37,163 nt of DNA from Thermoproteota archaeon (GTDB lineage: Archaea; Korarchaeota; Korarchaeia; B14-G2): the NCBI GenBank assembly GCA_037917675.1, contig JAVCBW010000024.1, forward strand, positions 1-37,163, in the 5' to 3' direction. Below are positions 1 to 8,927 of the stretch, piece after piece. Position numbers and translations under genes: made by a program. The number at the start of each line of letters is the position of its first letter. The stretch's first letter is position 1. Under the pieces are notes generated by a model. It was not told the origin of the DNA. It was given only the letters and a program-made list of their open reading frames with translations, and did not search any database.

Positions 1-200
1 AAGTACTCTCTGACTATAGTAGACTCCCACTCCTCAACCTCTCTCAAAAGACCCTCAACAGACAAGAAAACCACCCTGAATAAGCTTATCCCTGAGGGTT
101 GATAAAGGTTGTTAAGATGGTTGAATGTATTGAGGGCTATATTAAGTGCTGCATAGAGACTGAGATGATACTGCCCCCAAGTGACGTGAAGAGAATCCAT
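1..200 (-). CDS. Possible 5' part of a hypothetical protein running off the window edge
   Basis: Open frame from ATG at 200 to base 1 (MDSLHVTWGQYHLSLYAAL...EGLLREVEEWESTIVREY). GGAGA lies ~10 nt upstream. No family recognised. Confidence 0.25.
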   Translation of the reverse strand, partial: MDSLHVTWGQYHLSLYAALNIALNTFNHLNNLYQPSGISLFRVVFLSVEGLLREVEEWESTIVREY

Positions 201-310
201 AGCGCAGGTTTCTCCAAAAGCTACTTTTGCAGATGGAAGCGGGCAGAAACGGCTAGTGTTGCATACGTGACATGTGATGGTTTTGTGATAAAAGCTTTAT
301 AGGGGGAGCG

Positions 311-635
311 TTGGCTAGCGTTAGGTGAGCTCTGCTCGAGATGTGGGATGGGTGGTGTGAGGGATGGTAAGCTGAGAGAGCAGAGCTAGCAGCAGATAGA
401 TGTGGGGAGCCCAGCTCCCCCGAAAGCCCTCCAATGAAACCTGAGGAGGGAAGGTTTCCCGCTACAAATGTAACGGAAGTTATAAACGTGGCGGAGAACC
501 AGAATGGTGTAGAGCTTACCCTGTGGTCTATGACCTGGAGCTAGGAGCTATCACCATAGATAAGGCCTGCCCTCTCGTGGGGGGAGCCTGTCATCTAGTG
601 GCTTTGCAGCTAAGGCTCGTGTGCTTCTGGAGGCA
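311..635 (+). pseudogene. Possible decayed YkgJ/CxxCxxCC cysteine-cluster protein
   Basis: Broken frames give ELCSRCGMGG (CSRCG at 333-347) and KCNGSYKRGGEPEWCRAYPVVYDLELGAITIDKACP (CRAYP at 508-522), resembling the CxRCGxCC and P..CRxYP..CP motifs. Stops lie between the pieces. Confidence 0.3.
402..466 (+). ncRNA. Candidate H/ACA-like K-loop guide sRNA
   Basis: Lower stem GTGGGGAGCC/GGTTTCCCGC, 6-bp upper stem CCCTCC/GGAGGG closing AATGA-AAC-CTGA (K-loop pattern), ACA at 464-466, 13 nt after the upper stem. Confidence 0.4.
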
Positions 636-1214
636 CTACACGAGCTCGGACTGGTTGATGCCTGATAGCTCTCTTAGGTCCTCTTCACTCAGCCCAGATT
701 CCCTTCTTATAGCATCTAGTGCCCTCCTCAGGTCTTCTGAGCTCTTTGAACTTAACTCCTCAATCACTTCCTTTATCTCCCATGGAAATATCACCCACCT
801 CCTGGTCTCATATACCCAGTAGTCTGGCTTGATGATAGACCATGGCTTATAGTATATGGTGGCTACTCTGACTTCTGCTGCCCCTCTAGACTTGAGGTGT
901 ATCATAGCTTCCTTCAGGCTCTCTCCGGTATCAGCTACATCATCTACTAGAAGCACCTTGAGACCCTTCACTTCAGCTGAGACAGGTTGTAGAACCTCTG
1001 CCTTCTGGATCTCTCCTACAGCTCTGTATGCTAGAACTCTCATGCTAGCTACCTCCCTGACCATCAGAAGGTCTGAGAGGATCCTGGCTGGAACCCAGCC
1101 TCCCCTCGCTATGCCAACTAGCAGCTCTGGACTATATCCGCTCTCTCTCACCTTTCTAGCTAGCGTTATGCATGCCCTGTATATCTTAAGCCAGCTTGGC
1201 GATGTGAACTCCAT
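636..1214 (-). CDS. Purine phosphoribosyltransferase (type I PRT, xanthine/hypoxanthine-guanine-like)
   Basis: IARGG motif, PRPP-binding VLLVDDVADTGESL, C-terminal WVIFPWE. Confidence 0.9.
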   Translation of the reverse strand: MEFTSPSWLKIYRACITLARKVRESGYSPELLVGIARGGWVPARILSDLLMVREVASMRVLAYRAVGEIQKAEVLQPVSAEVKGLKVLLVDDVADTGESLKEAMIHLKSRGAAEVRVATIYYKPWSIIKPDYWVYETRRWVIFPWEIKEVIEELSSKSSEDLRRALDAIRRESGLSEEDLRELSGINQSELV

Positions 1215-1328
1215 ACTTGATCACTGAGCTCTCTATGGTGGTGCTTTAAACATTGACTGCTAGTGGAATATGGCTATTGGTTAGCTAGGCTACTGGCCTC
1301 ATGAAACGCATTGAGCTACCTTACCCTG

Positions 1329-2291
1329 CTACATGTGTGTCCTGCTCTCAGATGAGATGAGATTGTCGAGCTCCTTTATCATGGTCTCTAGGTCTGTCAG
1401 CTGGAGTGGATGCCTCCTTCTCCTCGATAGGATGCTGATCAATCGAGATAGCAGCTTAGCTCTCCTCTCTGCTTGACATATGTCTTGGGCTGGAGCTGAC
1501 GCCGTTAGAACATGCGCTAGCAGTTTTATGTCCCTAGAGGCTTTAGAGCCTGGTGCATAGAGGACCACTGGGACACCTGCCTCATATGCCTCTCTAGCCT
1601 TCCTGTCATCTCTTACTGTTAGAATCTGTGTTCTGCCAGCTACCAGCGAGGCTTTAGCATATCTGACTGCCCACTTGCCTCCCCTATACTTGTTTATGAC
1701 GGCAACTGGAACAGTCCCACCAGCTAGGGCAGCTATATCCACTAGCTGACTTGCCTCATCTATGCTAGGCTTATCAGGTTGAGCTACAGGTATGAAGCTT
1801 CCTAGCGGCATCAGGAGGAGGTAGTCTGCTAGCCCTGAAAGCCCACCTGCCCCTGGTGCATCTATGACCAGAAGCCTGCACCTAGGCTCCAGGAACCTGA
1901 GCAGATTAAGCATCTTCTCTGAGTACTCACTGTAGCTCTTAAGAATCTCTCTGTCACTTGAGCTCAGTGGAGCTGCAGGGATCATGACTAGACTCTTGTA
2001 GGCAGGATGGGAAGTAGAGTATGCAATCTCCCATGGCTCAGCTACCCCAGTCAAGTACTCTCTCAGAGTAGGGTAGCTTTCTGGGTCAGCCTCTCTCTCC
2101 TCTATGAAGTGTGGATTCCAGATGTAGACTGCAGATTGCCTGCCAAAATCACATTCGATAAACACGTCTACTAGCCCTGGTGGAGGAGGTGCTATGAGCT
2201 GTGCAGCCACTAGTGTGTTGAAGCTTATGGTAGTTTTCCCTACTCCTCCACTTCTAGCCCCAAACACATAAGCATCCATGCCACCACCCAT
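1329..2291 (-). CDS. MinD/ParA-family P-loop ATPase (divergent)
   Basis: Walker A variant RSGGVGKTT, Walker B VIDAPG, VINK motif, and C-terminal GVPVVLYAPGSKASRDI typical of MinD. Confidence 0.8.
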   Translation of the reverse strand: MGGGMDAYVFGARSGGVGKTTISFNTLVAAQLIAPPPPGLVDVFIECDFGRQSAVYIWNPHFIEEREADPESYPTLREYLTGVAEPWEIAYSTSHPAYKSLVMIPAAPLSSSDREILKSYSEYSEKMLNLLRFLEPRCRLLVIDAPGAGGLSGLADYLLLMPLGSFIPVAQPDKPSIDEASQLVDIAALAGGTVPVAVINKYRGGKWAVRYAKASLVAGRTQILTVRDDRKAREAYEAGVPVVLYAPGSKASRDIKLLAHVLTASAPAQDICQAERRAKLLSRLISILSRRRRHPLQLTDLETMIKELDNLISSESRTHM

Positions 2292-2510
2292 CTAGGCAGG
2301 TAGGTAGCCATAGAGGCTGTGCTCTATGTGACAGGCTTCATCTGCTGCAGCTAGAGTGAAGCCTACACGCGACTCTCCATGCAGGCATCCATCTGAAGCT
2401 GTTATGAAGGAGAACAGAGCCAACTAGGGACACCACCGCTGAAGCTTTTAGACAGCAGCTTCAACTCCAATTGGAATGTAAACGTATTTACTGAGAGAAG
2501 TTCTAGCAGA

Positions 2511-3896
2511 GTGGTGTGGAAGTTGATTGAGAGAGAGCTTGTGATCAAGGGGGGGCATGTCGCCTATAGAGGTAGAGTCGTGGAAGCTGATGTTAAGATC
2601 TCTAATGGCGTGATCGCTAGAGTAGCTAGGTCCATTAGAGGGGAGAGAAGGGTTGAAGCTGGTGGTATGCTCATCATGCCATGCTCCATAGATGTCCACG
2701 TGCACTTCAGAGGGCTAAGACAGAGCTTTAAGGAGACTGTTGAGACGGGGAGCAGAGCAGCATGTACAGGAGGGGTGTCTGCAGTACTGGATATGCCGAA
2801 CACGGATCCCCCATTGGACAGGGTTAGCGTCCTCGTTGAGAAGCTTTCTGAGGCCAAGGGGAAGTGCTACACAGACTACACGCTTGCAGCAGGATACGGT
2901 GGAGACCTAGAGGAGCTTAGGAGGCTGCTGGCATCAGGCTTGCCAGCTGTAAAGCTGTACCTACATGAGCTAGGTGATGATGAGAGAGAGGTTATCGATG
3001 TGATAAGGGATGCTGCCTTAGCTTGCGCTAGGCATGGTGCTCTACTCATGATACACCCTGAAGCTAGGTGGCTTCTGAGGGAAGGAGAAGCTAGTAGCCC
3101 AGAGGAGTACTGTCAGCTCAGGCCGCTTGAAGCAGAGCTGGAGGCTATAAGAACTGTTATGAAGGCTATAGCCCAGCTGACAGAAACACCTAGAGTACAC
3201 TTCTGCCACCTGACTTCAGCTAGAAGCATAGCTGAAGCTTTAAAGCTCAGAGAGAGGGGAGTCCCAGTCTCAACTGAGGTTACACCACATCATCTACTCC
3301 TTAGCTTAGAGCATGCAGGACCAGAGTGTAAGGTGAACCCTCCTCTGAGGAGTATAGCTGAAGTAAAGGGGCTTCAGAAGGCTCTTGTAGAAGGGCTGGT
3401 TGATGTGGTGGCCAGCGACCATGCTCCACATGAAGCTGAGAGGAAGAGGGCATTTAGAATGAGCCCTCCTGGGCTCCCTGGAGTAGAGCTCACCTTGACC
3501 CTCATCTTAGACTGGGCGATAAGACGAGGAATAAGTCCAGCAAGGGTAGTGGAGTGGGTTTGCATGAAGCCAGCTAGACTCCTTGGGATAAGGAGTAGAG
3601 GAGAGATAGCAGAGGGTATGGAAGCTGACATCGTAGTCCTGAGCAGAGGAGAGTATAGGATAGAGGGAGAGAAGCTGTATACAAAAGCGAAGTACACGCC
3701 CTTCGCCAGAAGGCAAGTGTGTGTGAGAGTTGAGATGGTTTTCAAGAGAGGCATCTTGGCCTTTGAGAGAGAGACTAGCTTTGTTAGCAGGCCTCTGGGG
3801 AGGCTTTTGCTCTGGGATGGTGAGAAGCTCAGTCCAGTGAGCTGGAGCCTAGAGAAGCTTTCCACAGCACCTCAGCAGCCTCCCTTGGGTTGCTAG
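2511..3896 (+). CDS. pyrC: Dihydroorotase
   Basis: DVHVHFR, DMPNT, EVTPHHL, KVNPPLR and SDHAPH motifs; clustered with pyrF and pyrBI. Confidence 0.9.
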   Translation: MVWKLIERELVIKGGHVAYRGRVVEADVKISNGVIARVARSIRGERRVEAGGMLIMPCSIDVHVHFRGLRQSFKETVETGSRAACTGGVSAVLDMPNTDPPLDRVSVLVEKLSEAKGKCYTDYTLAAGYGGDLEELRRLLASGLPAVKLYLHELGDDEREVIDVIRDAALACARHGALLMIHPEARWLLREGEASSPEEYCQLRPLEAELEAIRTVMKAIAQLTETPRVHFCHLTSARSIAEALKLRERGVPVSTEVTPHHLLLSLEHAGPECKVNPPLRSIAEVKGLQKALVEGLVDVVASDHAPHEAERKRAFRMSPPGLPGVELTLTLILDWAIRRGISPARVVEWVCMKPARLLGIRSRGEIAEGMEADIVVLSRGEYRIEGEKLYTKAKYTPFARRQVCVRVEMVFKRGILAFERETSFVSRPLGRLLLWDGEKLSPVSWSLEKLSTAPQQPPLGC

Positions 3897-4656
3897 CATA
3901 TAGCACAGCCCTCCCGACATTTACCAACAGAGGCATCCCAGCGTCCCTGACAGCCTTCCTGAGATCACCCCCCTGAGCTCCAACCCCAGGAGATAGTATG
4001 ACTCTATCTGGCCCAATGGCCTCTCTGACAGCCCTGATCTCCTCTGGCTTAACATGGCCTGTTACACCGACAACACACCCATCTGCATCGGAAGAGAAGG
4101 CGTCTCTGGCGAAAGCCATATAGAGAGGCTCACCCCCTAGCTTGGCCTCCTTCATGTAGCGAGTAGCCTCAGGGTTAGACATGAGCACAAGCGAAAAAAC
4201 AGCTATACCATGCTGGTGAGCACATTCAACGATGTCTCTTAAGTTGCCAGGTAGAGGGTTGGCTGTAAGCGCATCAAAGCCAAGCCTAGCTACATTTAGC
4301 ACACCAATCTCAGCGCTCGCACCTATGTCGCCAAGCTTGCAGTCAAATATTGAGATGAGCCCATGTTGCTCAGCTTCCTTAGCTATGGAAGAAAGCTGGC
4401 TGCTTGATAGCCCCCTCACATACTGCTCATTAACCTTGACTGCAGCAAAGTACATGTGAAGCTCTTTGATCATATCGAGGCAGAACTGAAGCTTAGCTTC
4501 CTCAAGGCTCCTCTCCCTCAGATAGCTCTCTGGAGCAACATGTCTTCTACGCTCACCTGGCATAGCTGGATCCAAGCCGAGGCATAGGATACTCCTTCTC
4601 TCAGATATAGCCTCCTCCAGCCTGGAGATGAAGCTTTCTAGAGGCAAACCATACAC
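3829..4656 (-). CDS. pyrF: Orotidine 5'-phosphate decarboxylase
   Basis: LCLGLDP, DCKLGDI (DxKxxDI), PGVGAQGG and NVGRAV motifs. The start may be TTG at 4647. Confidence 0.93.
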   Translation of the reverse strand: MYGLPLESFISRLEEAISERRSILCLGLDPAMPGERRRHVAPESYLRERSLEEAKLQFCLDMIKELHMYFAAVKVNEQYVRGLSSSQLSSIAKEAEQHGLISIFDCKLGDIGASAEIGVLNVARLGFDALTANPLPGNLRDIVECAHQHGIAVFSLVLMSNPEATRYMKEAKLGGEPLYMAFARDAFSSDADGCVVGVTGHVKPEEIRAVREAIGPDRVILSPGVGAQGGDLRKAVRDAGMPLLVNVGRAVLYASNPREAAEVLWKASLGSSSLD

Positions 4657-4671
4657 CCCTATGAGGCTATT

Positions 4672-4679
4672 GTTAAATA
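4672..4679. promoter_or_regulatory. Shared TATA box of divergent pyrF/pyrB
   Basis: GTTAAATA sits centrally in the 39-nt intergenic gap and reads as a TATA box on both strands. Confidence 0.5.
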
Positions 4680-4695
4680 CAGCCCTGGTATAAGG

Positions 4696-5634
4696 GTGTA
4701 CTTGCCACTTTCAGGTAGAAGTTTAGTCTCGATATTAGATCTTACGTCAGATGACATAAAGCATGTGTTCCAGGCTGCAGAGAAGCTTAGGAGCCTGCTA
4801 AACAGAGGAAGTAAGCTGAGTATAGCTGAGGGCAGGGTCATGGCCACAGTGTTTATGGAGCCATCTACTAGAACGAGGCTGAGCTTCCAGTCAGCCATGC
4901 TGAAGCTTGGAGGAAGCATACTAGACTTCGGAGAGGTTGAGAGGACATCTATAGTCAAAGGAGAAACCCTAGTAGACACCATAAGGATAGTGGACTCATA
5001 TCTAGTAGACCTGATAGTCCTCAGGCATCCAGGAGAGGGTGCATCAAAGCTTGCAGCTGAGATAGCGAGTGTACCAGTCATAAATGCTGGAGATGGATCT
5101 AGAGAGCATCCGACACAGACACTACTCGACCTCTACACGATATGGAAAGAGCTAGGTAGAGTAAGCAACCTTAAGATAGGGGTGATGGGCGACCTCAAAT
5201 ATGGCAGGACACCAAGCAGCCTATGCTATGGGCTGAGCCTATTCCCTGGGAACAAGGTCTATCTGATATCTCCACCAGAGCTGAGGATGAGACCTGAAGT
5301 GCTCGAGACGGTTAAAGGAAGACTTGATTGGGAGGAGGTCAGAGACCTATCTCAGGTGATAGAGGAGCTAGATGTCCTATATGTCACGAGAATTCAGAAA
5401 GAGAGGTTCCCAGACCCATATGAGTATGAGAAGGTGAAGGGCTCCTACGTGCTCAAGCTAAGCGACCTAGAGAAGGCGAAACCAGAGCTCATAGTGCTAC
5501 ATCCACTGCCAAGAACGGAAGAGCTACCGCCACAGATAGATGCCACGAAGCATGCTAAGTACTTCAAGCAAGCTAAGAATGGCCTCTACATCAGAGCAGC
5601 TCTGATAGCTGAGATACTAGATCTAAGGTGGTAG
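4696..5634 (+). CDS. pyrB: Aspartate carbamoyltransferase catalytic subunit
   Basis: EPSTRTRLSF, HPTQTLLD, TRIQKERF and HPLPR motifs. Confidence 0.97.
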   Translation: MYLPLSGRSLVSILDLTSDDIKHVFQAAEKLRSLLNRGSKLSIAEGRVMATVFMEPSTRTRLSFQSAMLKLGGSILDFGEVERTSIVKGETLVDTIRIVDSYLVDLIVLRHPGEGASKLAAEIASVPVINAGDGSREHPTQTLLDLYTIWKELGRVSNLKIGVMGDLKYGRTPSSLCYGLSLFPGNKVYLISPPELRMRPEVLETVKGRLDWEEVRDLSQVIEELDVLYVTRIQKERFPDPYEYEKVKGSYVLKLSDLEKAKPELIVLHPLPRTEELPPQIDATKHAKYFKQAKNGLYIRAALIAEILDLRW

Positions 5635-5635
5635 C

Positions 5636-6106
5636 TTGGAGGAGCAGGAGCTCAGGATAAGGAAGATAAGAAATGGAACAGTAATAGACCACATACCTGA
5701 TGGAAGAGCCTTAGTGGTTCTGGGTATACTTGGGATAACTGGAGAAGAGGAGGAGGTAGTCAGTATAGCGATGCATGTCCCAAGTAAAAAGCTCGGTAGA
5801 AAAGATATAGTAAAGATAGAAAACAGGTTCCTCAAGCCAGAGGAGGTCAATAAGATAGCACTCATAGCAGAGACGGCTACAATAAACATCATAAGGGAGT
5901 ATAGGGTTGTTGAAAAGTGGAGGGTAAGGCCTCCAACCATCTTCAGGAACCTAATAAAGTGCCCAAATGCAAGATGCATCACAAACTTCAGTAGAGAGCC
6001 CGTCGAGCCAGCATTTGAAGTAATAGGACTCAGCCCGGTGAAGGTAAGGTGCAGCTACTGTGGTATAATAGTCAGTGGCAGAGAGCTGCTCGAGCTAGTG
6101 AGATAG
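5636..6106 (+). CDS. pyrI: Aspartate carbamoyltransferase regulatory subunit
   Basis: IRNGTVIDHI, KDIVKIE, Zn ligands CPNARC...CSYC; directly follows pyrB. Confidence 0.96.
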   Translation: MEEQELRIRKIRNGTVIDHIPDGRALVVLGILGITGEEEEVVSIAMHVPSKKLGRKDIVKIENRFLKPEEVNKIALIAETATINIIREYRVVEKWRVRPPTIFRNLIKCPNARCITNFSREPVEPAFEVIGLSPVKVRCSYCGIIVSGRELLELVR

Positions 6107-6825
6107 TGAATGCAATACGCGAAGTTGAGAGAGAGCTCCTAAGAGATAAAGCAGCCTACTCACCCATGCTGTGCGGCTTAAGAGGGTGCATGTGGCTGAT
6201 AGCAAGAGAAAAAGGCAGGAAGGCAGCAATCATGCTATACAGTAAGCTCAAGACGCCACTTGCATCATGCTATGGTGATCTAGAGCTGGCTAAGAGAGCT
6301 ATAAGAGAGCTCCAGTACCCGCAGGTCAGGGTGCACAGCATGGAGCCTATCAGCCTGGAGGCTGCTGAGGCCCATAGGCTTATCAGGATGAAGCTAGATG
6401 AGAAGCCAGCTGCACCCAAAACAACCATAGCTAAGAGAGTGGGAGAAGAGGAGATACCTCTCCTAGACAGATTCTATAGGAGCCATGGAGCTGAAGGCTG
6501 GGATCCAAGTCAAGCTAGAGAGGGCGTATACTACATGGTAGCTGTCGGAGGAGAAGTCATGTCTGCAGCAGGGACACACTGCACATCAGACAAGTACTCT
6601 ATAGCTGTAGTGGGCAATGTGCTGACATCCCCAAGATACAGGGGGAGAGGCTATGCTAGGGCAGCGCTATCCCAGCTTCTAGCTGAGCTATCCGTGAGCT
6701 TTAAGTGCATAACCCTAGATGTCAGAGAGAACAATGCTTCCGCGCAGAGACTCTACAGGAAACTCGGATTCAAGACGCATGCAGTAGTCTACTCCTACCT
6801 GATCGACTTGAGAAAGGCACCATAG
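6106..6825 (+). CDS. GNAT-family N-acetyltransferase (FR47-like)
   Basis: VLTSPRYRGRGYA and NASAQRLYRKLGF motifs. The likely start is GTG at 6106, overlapping the pyrI stop, rather than 6049. Confidence 0.85.
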   Translation: MNAIREVERELLRDKAAYSPMLCGLRGCMWLIAREKGRKAAIMLYSKLKTPLASCYGDLELAKRAIRELQYPQVRVHSMEPISLEAAEAHRLIRMKLDEKPAAPKTTIAKRVGEEEIPLLDRFYRSHGAEGWDPSQAREGVYYMVAVGGEVMSAAGTHCTSDKYSIAVVGNVLTSPRYRGRGYARAALSQLLAELSVSFKCITLDVRENNASAQRLYRKLGFKTHAVVYSYLIDLRKAP

Positions 6826-6888
6826 GCTAGTGTTCATGGTAGAGCTGAAAAAGTATTTTAACAACTGGAATATTGTGAGGGGTGCTCG

Positions 6889-7440
6889 ATGGCCTTTGAG
6901 ATAAGGTGGCATGGTAGAGGGGGCCAGGGATGCTGGACTGCAAGCACGATCCTAGCTCTAGCAGCTTTAAGTGAGGGAAAAAGCGTTCAGTCGTTCCCAG
7001 AGTTTGGGCCGGAGCGGATGGGAGCTCCAGTCCAAGCTTTCACTAGAATAAGTGATAGAAAGATCAGGATGCACTGTAACATCTACAAGCCTGATGCCAT
7101 CGTGGTCTTGGACCCCACCCTCCTAGATAGGAGCATTGTTGAGGGGCTTGTAGAAAAGGGGACACTTGTAGTTAACACGAAGTACACACCCTCTCAGGTC
7201 AAGAGCAGCTTGGGCATCAAGGAGGTGAAAGTATGGACTGTAGATGCAAGCAGAATAGCTCTAGAGGTTCTAGGGAGAGAGGTGACGAATACTCCAATGA
7301 TAGGCGCCCTCGTCAAGGCAACTGGAGTCGTGAAAATAGACTCCGTGATATCAGTTGTAAAGGAAAGATTCCCAGGAGAGCTGGGAGAGAAGAATGCTAC
7401 GGTAGTCAGGCGAGCATATGATGAGGTGGTGGGAGAATGA
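6889..7440 (+). CDS. porC: Pyruvate/ketoisovalerate:ferredoxin oxidoreductase gamma subunit
   Basis: EIRWHGRGGQG and FGPERMGAPV motifs; GGGGTG SD upstream. Confidence 0.93.
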   Translation: MAFEIRWHGRGGQGCWTASTILALAALSEGKSVQSFPEFGPERMGAPVQAFTRISDRKIRMHCNIYKPDAIVVLDPTLLDRSIVEGLVEKGTLVVNTKYTPSQVKSSLGIKEVKVWTVDASRIALEVLGREVTNTPMIGALVKATGVVKIDSVISVVKERFPGELGEKNATVVRRAYDEVVGE

Positions 7441-7709
7441 AGAGGAGGTGGAGGGAGATTCCGATCGGCGGCATATGTTGGATGAGCTCAACAGAGTATA
7501 AAACAGGAACATGGAAAACCTATGCACCAAAGATAGACTACGAGAAATGCACAAACTGCGGCTTCTGCTGGTTCTACTGCCCAGATGGAGCCATCCATTG
7601 GAATGGAGAAGAGAAGCCTAAGGTGGACTATGACTACTGTAAGGGCTGTGGCATATGCAGCCACGAGTGCCCAGCCAAAGCGATAACGATGGAGCTGGAG
7701 GTGAGGTGA
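7437..7709 (+). CDS. porD: 2-oxoacid:ferredoxin oxidoreductase delta subunit (2x[4Fe-4S])
   Basis: KTGTW, CTNCGFCWFYCP and CKGCGICSHECP motifs. Confidence 0.93.
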   Translation: MKRRWREIPIGGICWMSSTEYKTGTWKTYAPKIDYEKCTNCGFCWFYCPDGAIHWNGEEKPKVDYDYCKGCGICSHECPAKAITMELEVR

Positions 7710-8927
7710 ATGAGCCAGAAGGTGGTAGGGCTAAGTGGAGACGAGGCTGTAGCCTATGCTGTGAAGCAGTGTAATGTAGATGTGGTGGCAGCATATCCGA
7801 TAACGCCTCAGACCATAATAGTTGAGAGGATAGCAGAGTATGTGAATGATGGTGAAGTAGACCTCGAGTACATACCAGTAGAGAGTGAGCATAGCGCCAT
7901 GAGCGCCTGCATAGGCGCTGCTGCAGCTGGCGCCAGAGCATTCACAGCTACAGCAGCAAATGGGCTGGCATTGATGCATGAAGTCGTGTACATAGCCTCA
8001 AGCCTCAGGCTCCCAATTGTGATGGCTATAGTTAACAGAGCACTATCAGGGCCGATATGCATACACTGTGACCACAGTGATACAATGGCTGAGAGAGACT
8101 CATCCTGGATACAGCTCTACGTTGAGGATGCACAGGAGGCTTATGACACGACAATCCAGGCGTTTAAGATAGCAGAGGACCAAAAAGTCCTTCTCCCAGT
8201 GATGGTGAACCTAGATGGATTCATAGTAAGCCACACGCTACAGGATGTGAATGTCCTACCAGATGAAGTCGTCTCGAAGTTCGTAGGAAAAAGGAAGATA
8301 GCTGACATAAATGTAGCAGGAAAAACTGTGCCAATGATGCTTCACCCAGATAACCCGCTCACATTTGGGCCACTAGACCTCTTCGACTACTACTTCGAGC
8401 ATAAGAGGCAGCAGGAGGAGGCCATGGAGGCTGCTAGGGATGTAATAAAGAGGGTTAATGAAGAGTACTATGAGATAAGCGGCAGAAAGTATGGAGATGG
8501 GATGGTGGACGTCTACAAGATGGATGACGCTGATATAGCTGTAGTAGGCTTAGGCTCAACAATGGGGACTGTCAAGGAGGTTGTAGACGACGAGAGAAGC
8601 AGGGGGCTGAAGATAGGGGCAGTGAGAATAAGGTCATTTAGGCCTTTTCCAGTAGACCAGCTGCTAGAGGAGCTGAGCAAAGCAAAGGTGGTAGGAGTAC
8701 TAGATAGGAGCGGAGCATATGGTGCTCCTGGAGCACCAGTATATAATGAGATAAGATCTCTGCTCTATGACCTAGATGAGAGGCCAGCTGTCCTAGGCTA
8801 CATCTACGGGCTTGGAGGCCGAGACATGACGCCAGACTTAGTAAGATCTGTGATTAGAGAGCTAGAGAAGACAGCAGTAGAGAAGCCTCCTAAAGCTAAG
8901 GTCGAGTTCATTGGGGTGAGAGAATGA
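7710..8927 (+). CDS. porA: 2-oxoacid:ferredoxin oxidoreductase alpha subunit
   Basis: AAYPITPQT, VESEHSAM, RPFP and GLGGRD motifs. Confidence 0.94.
   Translation: MSQKVVGLSGDEAVAYAVKQCNVDVVAAYPITPQTIIVERIAEYVNDGEVDLEYIPVESEHSAMSACIGAAAAGARAFTATAANGLALMHEVVYIASSLRLPIVMAIVNRALSGPICIHCDHSDTMAERDSSWIQLYVEDAQEAYDTTIQAFKIAEDQKVLLPVMVNLDGFIVSHTLQDVNVLPDEVVSKFVGKRKIADINVAGKTVPMMLHPDNPLTFGPLDLFDYYFEHKRQQEEAMEAARDVIKRVNEEYYEISGRKYGDGMVDVYKMDDADIAVVGLGSTMGTVKEVVDDERSRGLKIGAVRIRSFRPFPVDQLLEELSKAKVVGVLDRSGAYGAPGAPVYNEIRSLLYDLDERPAVLGYIYGLGGRDMTPDLVRSVIRELEKTAVEKPPKAKVEFIGVRE

Noticed and set aside
99-302. 67-aa + strand ORF
   Set aside because: No recognisable motif or SD, and it overlaps an equally plausible minus-strand frame.
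414-422. 9-nt complementarity to the conserved 16S rRNA segment CGGGGGAGC as the H/ACA target
   Set aside because: Pairing does not extend to the base of the upper stem, as pseudouridylation geometry requires.
523-822. 99-aa ORF as an intact gene
   Set aside because: Most of it is antisense shadow of the PRT gene; only its start may be pseudogene remnant.
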